A DNA stretch of 59,465 nucleotides, filler included, from Bipalium vagum (lineage: Eukaryota), in NCBI GenBank assembly GCA_037834085.1. It is 3 parts of 3 records of this genome, joined end to end, with 100 filler letters (N's around TTAATTAATTAA, not from the genome) between each part and the next. Parts side by side here need not be neighbours in the genome. Positions count along the whole stretch, not along the records: positions 42,768 to 59,465 come from JBBMKC010097736.1; 2 more parts are not named here. One strand, written 5' to 3'. Positions 52,195 through 59,465 of this stretch are shown here, piece by piece (the first letter of the stretch is position 1; every line of letters begins with the position of its first letter). Made by a program: the position numbers and the translations under genes. The notes beneath the pieces were generated by a model. It was not told the DNA's origin and searched no databases. It was given only the letters and a program-made list of their open reading frames with translations.

Positions 52195-52905
52195 TAGTAT
52201 GTTTCAAAAATAGTAGCACGAACTTTGGAAAACAATAATTTTAAAACCATAAATAATATTTAAAATATTTTTAATAAATATGAAAAACGAAGAAAAGATG
52301 TACAAACTGATATATAAACTTTACATGATAAACATCTTGATTAAAAATCTGGCTTTGTTTCTTAGTCCAATTGTTAAATAGTGATTTTCCATTATTTTGA
52401 GCCACTTTCTTGGATATTCTAGAACAATTGGTTTTGAAAATTTTAAGATTATATTGCGTTTTAATACTTTCTTTAAATTCTCTTTTAATCAGGCCCCAAA
52501 AATTTTCGATAGAACGCGCTTGAGGAAAGTTAGAAGGATTTTTTGTTTCAGTACATATTTGATGTTAATTTTCTCTAATTCCTCCAATACATCTTTTGTA
52601 TAATGTATGGTGGCCAAATTAGACAAAACCATTTTCGGCATCAATGGATTTCATAAAGGGAACTAATCTTTTCCTAATATATTCTTTTAAAGAAATATCA
52701 CTTTTCATTGAATCTTCTTGAATGTAAGACAAGCTTTTTTTCCCGAGGAAACAATTGGTTGCAAACTAAAATGGCGTATAAATTGCACTTATTTCTATTT
52801 TGCAAAACAATTTAAATACGTACAACAGTATTTTTGAAATAGAATTTCCTTTTAATTTGTAAAATATGAAAGAAATCGGCGAAGACATTTTCACCAACCT
52901 AATAC
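52195..52905 (-). mobile_element. Tc1-like transposase relic, with a mariner-type TIR end at ~52875-52903
   Basis: Minus frame DLATIHY and NPSNFPQARSIENF resemble the D...H and PPNxPxxxPIENxW catalytic motifs. Confidence 0.5.
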
Positions 52906-55900
52906 ATGTAAAAAAAGTTTTAGGTAAGAGAATAAACTGCTAATTCAAACACTTTAAACAATTATTTTTAAAGATAGTCAATAATTCATAATTAAAACAA
53001 ATAAATATAAATTCAGTTTAAAACTTTAATTGGTTGTTTTCAATTTATTTTATTTAATTCTTTTTATTTATATATTTTATTAATTAAGTTTAGAATAAAA
53101 TATTTGTTTTAATGCTTAAAAATTAAAACAAAGAATATATCTTTTTAAAACGTACTTTTATATTTAAACATTTTGCTTATTGCAAAAACCAAAAAGCAGT
53201 TGAATTATTTTTTTGACAACCTGTTAAATGATGAGTTAATGGAAAATTGTAATTAATGTAAAAATTGAAAGTAATTGAGTTTCACCCTTAACTGATATTT
53301 TCCATTCTTATTATCATATATTCAATAAATAAATATTTTATTATTTTATATAGTTGGATATTTTTTTATTCATTAATTTTGTTTAAATGATGTTCATTTT
53401 CAATGAAAAATTGCATCAAAATTTTAGAAAAAATTATTTCCTTCATGTCAGTATTAATGAAAACCATGTCAATCAAATTAATAAATCTATTTTATTTTAT
53501 TAAAATAATTTCTATTTAATTTTTCTCTTATAGAAATGATAATTTTCAATTATAGCAATTAATTCATAATTATTTACTTTGTCAACGATATTGCAATTGT
53601 TTTATAGAGTCAGAATAGCAAATCATTTTAATCATTCCCAATTATTCTCCTCCATTTTTACTATCCAAACAAGACTAAAAAAAAAGAAAGAAGATATATA
53701 CCAATTCATTTAACTTATTCAATTAGGTTGACGTACACTTATCCTTTTTAAAAAGGTATTCTCTTAAGAGACGAAATCTTTTTTCAATCTTTCAAATAAT
53801 ATGCACATTCTATTAATTTTGTTAGCATTTTCATCTTCAATGTTACTGGATAAAGAATACTGGAAATTACTTTTTTCAAAACCCTCACATTTTATTACGA
53901 TTTCTCTAAATAGATAAATATTATTATTTTGGTTCTAAAGTAATTTCTGTCTTTATACTGATCTTGTAAAAAATTGGTGAAAACTGTGTCATAATATTAA
54001 TTTAACATTTTGTATGGAATATTAAAGTTTTTTTACAAATTTATATGAAAATATTCTTTGTAATACAAAATTGTTTTAATTAATCAATGAAATATGTTTT
54101 TAATTACCATACTATTTAAAGTTTTTGAAGTTAAACTTTATGGCAGCTTTACTTCAAAGGATATACAAAATAATCATTTTCAACAGAAAAAAAGTTTAAG
54201 CTATCATAAGATCGTTAAATTTTTGCAGATTTCACTTAAAGTAATATAAAAAATCGTTCAGTAACCTGAACAGCGCCAATATTTAAGATATATTCTGAAA
54301 AGTGAAACTTACAATAAGAGAATTGTTGTATGTCAGTTAAAAATGTTATTGAGAGCTATTATGGGAAATCGGTAAATATTAAAACTCTGAAAAATACTTA
54401 AAAAAAGACTAAAATCGTGTCACAAATTCTGTGGTTGTTTCACAGTCTATTATTTCTTAAATTCTACATAGCTGGTCATTGTTTTACCATTAGTAATCCC
54501 AGTTTTGTTCACAATATAAGTTTCTTTTTGATTGTTCAAGACATTTTACCCATAGTGTATATCAATTCGAGAATAGTGAATACTATATCCAATTGAAGCT
54601 TTTATTTTTGTTTATCTATCAGGTTGCAGAATAGGAAATATTGTCTCTTTCTTTACCAAAACCATTTATGATAAAAACAAAAATAATACACTTTAGTCCA
54701 GTAAGTCCAACCAAACAATCATTTTTCTATAAACTTTATTTCAGTATTTTTTACATCGAATGGACTACTTTCAATGTAGATAATATAGAAACCAGCGTTT
54801 CCGATTAAAGAAACGTATAAGGAAAACGTAAAAATAAAATTTTGTTACGACCTGTCAACAATCTTCGTAACTTTTTACAACTTACCGGAATTTAGTTCAG
54901 CTGCTTTCGTGTTCCTTTCATGTGTTTTCAATATTATACCTTTGCTTTGGAAAAAGTAGAGAAAATTTTTGATTAGGGCATGCCATACTGATAAGATAAT
55001 CGTTTCTGTAAAACATCGATCTTGTCAGAAAATGATTTATCAAAATTTGAAATCTTCTACATTTGACGTTTGAATGGCTACCACTTTTTGATTTTTGTTT
55101 AACACGGACATTATCTTTGTATCCTTTGATAATACGGTAGACAGTTTTTGGCCTAAATTTAAGCATTTTCTAAATGCTACCATCAATGTAATATACAGAG
55201 TGCACAAAAGTCGTTGGACTTTGGAATTAAAAATGGTAAGGTTAATAATAACCAGTAATAAAAAAGTTAAACAGTAACCATATAAAAAATGCCTGAAATT
55301 TTATTTAAACAAATTCATTTTGCAAAATTCAAAAATTGTTTGATACAAGCTTGAAGGCGTCTAATGAACTGGTCTATCGCAATGCGCAGTGTTTTTTCGT
55401 TTATTTCTTCCGAGCCTTTAGTCAGATCAAGTTTTAAAGACATGATAGAATTAACAAGTGTTAAATCTCTCAATTTTTATTGATTTAAAATTAAAAATAT
55501 TAAATATATATATACATAAAAAAGATTTTTTTATTAATTATTTTATTTCATGATATAAGAGAAAAATAAATTCGTTAATTGGATAGTGAGCATTGGAGAA
55601 AACAGAGATATAAGTATGAAATATTATATGTTGAAATATAATATATTTCCATCAAAAATTAGTATTTTCTGTTTGCAATCGACAAGGAATTGAAATGAGA
55701 ACAGTTCCTGTAATGTCAATAAAATGGTAAAAAATAATAGACAAAAATATTATATTAATTATTTTTCTCAAATTAAGCAATAAATTAATTTCAATCTAAT
55801 TTCGAGACTTACAAATTAACGTGAACAATTTTTTCAAATTAATATTGGATAAAATGCAAATAATGTATAAATTATTTCCAATCATTAAAACAAGGTTGAG

Positions 55901-57862
55901 AATATCAATTGAATATAATAATAATATGAAATTTATGTAATGTCCTCAATAATTTACAAATGGGAATTATCAGGCATTTGAGAGAGAGAAGAGAGGGCAA
56001 TTATCTACGGAGATTTACATAGTTTTTATCTTCATTAAGGAAACTATCATTTTCAAAAACTTTTCGATTAATCAGAATAATAATGAGTATTAAATTAGAG
56101 TTAGTCAAATATGAAATTATTTATTTTACTGTATACTTTATGAAATTAGGATCATTTCAAGATTTCCCATCTGCATAAATCAGGTCTTTATGTAGAATTG
56201 TATGCGTATTACGTTATCGACTACTCTTAAATAAGTTTCATTGATATTTTAATAACTGAAACTGAAAGAAATCAAAATTATTTATATATAATAAAAAATA
56301 AATAATATTTTAATTGTAAAAAATAAAATAAATTAATTATTATAAAAATATCTTTTTTCATAATAGTACATTTTTTAATGAAAAAAATAAAATTTATTAA
56401 TTATTAAAAAGCAAAGTTTTTATAATTTTATAATTAATTATAATTTTTTTTAATTTTAAATTAAATAACTTAAATTTTTAAATATTAATTAAATTAAATA
56501 ATAATTATAATTATTAAATTAATAAATAATAATAAATTAAATTAATTATTTTTTTAATTATAAATTTTTATAATTATATAAGCAAAATTTTTACAATTTT
56601 TCATTATTTAATTATTTTCATACAGTATATCAAGAAATATAAATATTTACAGCTCTAGAATTAAGAAAACATTTTAAAAAATATATGTATTTATTTTTCA
56701 TATTTTTCCTTAAAACATTCTCTTTAATCTCTCAGGTCATTGAAAAATAATATTTATTTTATTTAATCAAAATGACAAATGTTATCTTTTCAGCTTGTTA
56801 AAACAAAAATGTCATGTTTCATATTTATTAAATATTTTAATTATATATTTTTAATTATTTACAATAAATTTTGATGAGATAATAATAAATTTAATTTCAA
56901 TTCTAACTTTGAATATAAAATAATAAATAATTTAATTTAAATAATTTATAATATATGATATATAATAAAATATTTCATTGGTTTTAGAGAAAATAATATT
57001 TTATTAGGTGAAACAATTTTATTTTACCATTTTCATGAACTTGGTGTTCTTTATTATATTACAGGGAAACATTTAAGAAAATGTAAATGTAAATTTAATT
57101 TGAAATTTATTATTATATAAAACATTACTCTTAAGTAATTAATTAATCTTAATTAATTAATTTATTATTTTAAAAAATGCCCCTGTTGTCTTTAACCTTG
57201 GGATCTTTGTGGCTATTATCTTTAGTGTCCTTGTTAAACCCAATATCTCACAGATTTCTTCTGATTTGATTAAACAGATTAAGAGTCAAATTTCATTTTA
57301 TCATTGTTAAAATTCATCTTTTGTTAATTAATATATAATTATATATAATAAAATCATAATAAAAAATATTATATACGCATATTGTACAATGTCTTGTTGG
57401 TAATAAATTCTTTTATATCAAAATTTATTTTCTTTGGAAAATCAAATAATAATTGAATATTCATTCTTAATTCGACATCAATTATAAAGGGAAATCACAC
57501 ATCAATATTACTGTTTCTCAAATCATCAATTAACATATTTCATATTTTTAAAAAATAATTTGGAAAATTAATAAAATAATAAATTACATTTAACTATCAA
57601 ATGTTTTAATTAGAAATATTTTTGAAAATTCTTTTTTGATAGACCATTTATTTTAATATTTAATTCTAATTTAAAAAATTTTTTATTTAATCAATATTAT
57701 GGAATCCATTATATTAGGTCTGCAAGTTGAAAAGATACCTATTTTTTAAAATTATTACAAATCAAAAAATTGTTAAAATAATTTTATATCCAGATATGCA
57801 GTCATTTGAAAAATAAATGTTTACATTTATAAAAATAACAATTCCTGTGTTAAAAACGAAAT

Positions 57863-58661
57863 TTACATGGTGTGGACAAAATGTCCTGAGACTCGTATAG
57901 AAATATAATTAGGCATTTCATGAAATTTTAAAAATAAATAAATTAATATATAAGTAAGTATTATTATATTTGTTTCAAGCGGTTTGTTGACATTAGGTAA
58001 GATTTTTTATTGAAAAAGATGTATCACCAAGTGGAATTTTGAAACGTCATACGGTTTTTGCTGTTGAAGAAGACAAAAAGAAGAAAATTATTTCTCAACT
58101 GGAGGAAGCATATGGAAATAAAGCACCACGCAAGGCGACTGTATACAATTGAATCAGATAGTTTTCTTGTGGTAGAAACAATGTGTTTGACGAAGAAAAA
58201 GTGAACAATCTACAGAAATTGGGGAAAAATTAGAAAAAATGAAGATAATTGTCAAAGAAGAGAGGCCAATTACCCAGAAAGAGCTTTCAAGTTAAGTTAA
58301 TTTTAACAAGAAAACTGTACAGGACATGCTTGAGAGTATTGGAGTCAGAAAATGATGTAGTAGATTTTTCCATCCATTTTTTACAGCGGTGATGAGACAA
58401 AAGCGAATGAAGGCATGTCAAGAAAATCTGTATCTATTTCATTCTCTTGGATAGAGTTTTTTGAAGAATTTTGTAACAGAAAACGATACCCCATTGAGTC
58501 TTTACATTCCACACAATAGGCGTGAGTCTCGAGAATGGGTATTTCCTGAGGAAAAGTTACCAAACATGCTTCGTGCAGGGACATATCACAGGAAATGCCT
58601 GACACTCACTGTATTCTGGGATGCAAAAGGTGTGATCAAAATTGACTTCGTGATGACTTAA
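57863..58661 (+). mobile_element. Decayed irritans-like mariner (5' two-thirds)
   Basis: TIR-like TACATGGTGTGGACAAAATGTCCTGAGAC. LEEAYGNKAPRKATVYN, FVTENDT and LTVFWDAKGVIKIDF motifs. Confidence 0.7.
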
Positions 58662-59465
58662 ATTTACCAATTAGACAGTTTCTCTCTAATTAGTTTTTTG
58701 AAAAAATAAAGGACCTTTGATTTTAATATGTCATCGGTTATTATAAAATTTTTTTGTCTCTTATGTTGAAACCATTAATAAATGTACCTTAAATATCCTT
58801 GGTTTTATAAAGATTTGGTTTCCTCTTATGTTTATCATTGATTGTTAAAATTTCATTTGCTTTTTAAAATTACGTTGATGCATCCTAATGAAGATTTGTA
58901 TTGCTCAGCCAGTTTTCTGTGTGATATTTTTGTTTCGCGATATTTTTTGGTAATTTCTTTTTAAATTATCCACGACTTCTGATTAGTTTTGGGTTTATTT
59001 GTATTTTCTAGAATTTATTCAAAATTATTATCTGGAAAAATATATTAAATTATAAAAGAAATTAAAAATATTATTCAACTTACTTGTATTGTATTTAAAT
59101 GTATTTATATCAATTTAATTTAGTTACTTAAACAAATGTTCAAATTAAACCGGTTAAAATTTATGTATTATTATGGATTTTTAAAATATTCAATGTCCAC
59201 TGTTCAAGATACACAATGTTCAACTTACAGAATGAAATTTATACTGCGATCTACATACTGTATAGCCACCGTTCTGAAAGATTAAAAAATTGTTCATTTT
59301 GAAAAATGTTCAACTTAGACAGGTTCAACTGTATTTCTTGCCTTATATGCTTTTTCTTCAATTAAAAGGTAAATAATATATAAAGATTTATATGCATTTT
59401 TCGAAAAGACATTTGAATTTTTGATATTTGTTTGAAATATTAAAACAAAAAATAGTTTATATATA

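Noticed and set aside
1-59465. tRNA, rRNA, CRISPR arrays, prokaryotic operons, retroelements
   Set aside because: None recognised by eye. tRNAscan-SE, Infernal and RepeatMasker would be needed to exclude them formally.

Overview
This is very AT-rich eukaryotic (invertebrate animal) genomic DNA with short GT-AG introns (~40-56 nt), AAT microsatellites and many decayed Tc1/mariner/pogo DNA transposons. A flatworm-like origin is plausible but is only a guess. Two identical artificial 100-nt linkers (N44-TTAATTAATTAA-N44 at 15608-15707 and 42668-42767) split it into three contigs that need not be adjacent. Contig 1 has a complete 9-exon ZC3H18 orthologue (5490-9059, +) that appears to have lost its CCCH zinc finger, then the 5' half of IFT81 (9846-15466, +), cut by the gap. 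Contig 2 has an orphan terminal exon (16335-16872, +) and a large minus-strand gene that I spliced by hand into 26 phase-compatible exons (42472->19850, >=1755 aa, 5'-truncated). It encodes an unusual fibrillar-type collagen: at least four complete tandem TSPN/LamG-like domains (plus the tail of a fifth) in repeated [TSPN-TSPN-Ser/Thr linker] modules, a short (~140 Gly-X-Y), Lys-rich, four-times-interrupted triple helix, and a COLFI propeptide lacking Cys2/Cys3. Contig 3 is mostly non-coding, with transposon relics, twin hairpins (45651-45822) and a possible first exon. All gene models come from manual reading of the sequence; none is checked against a database or RNA-seq.
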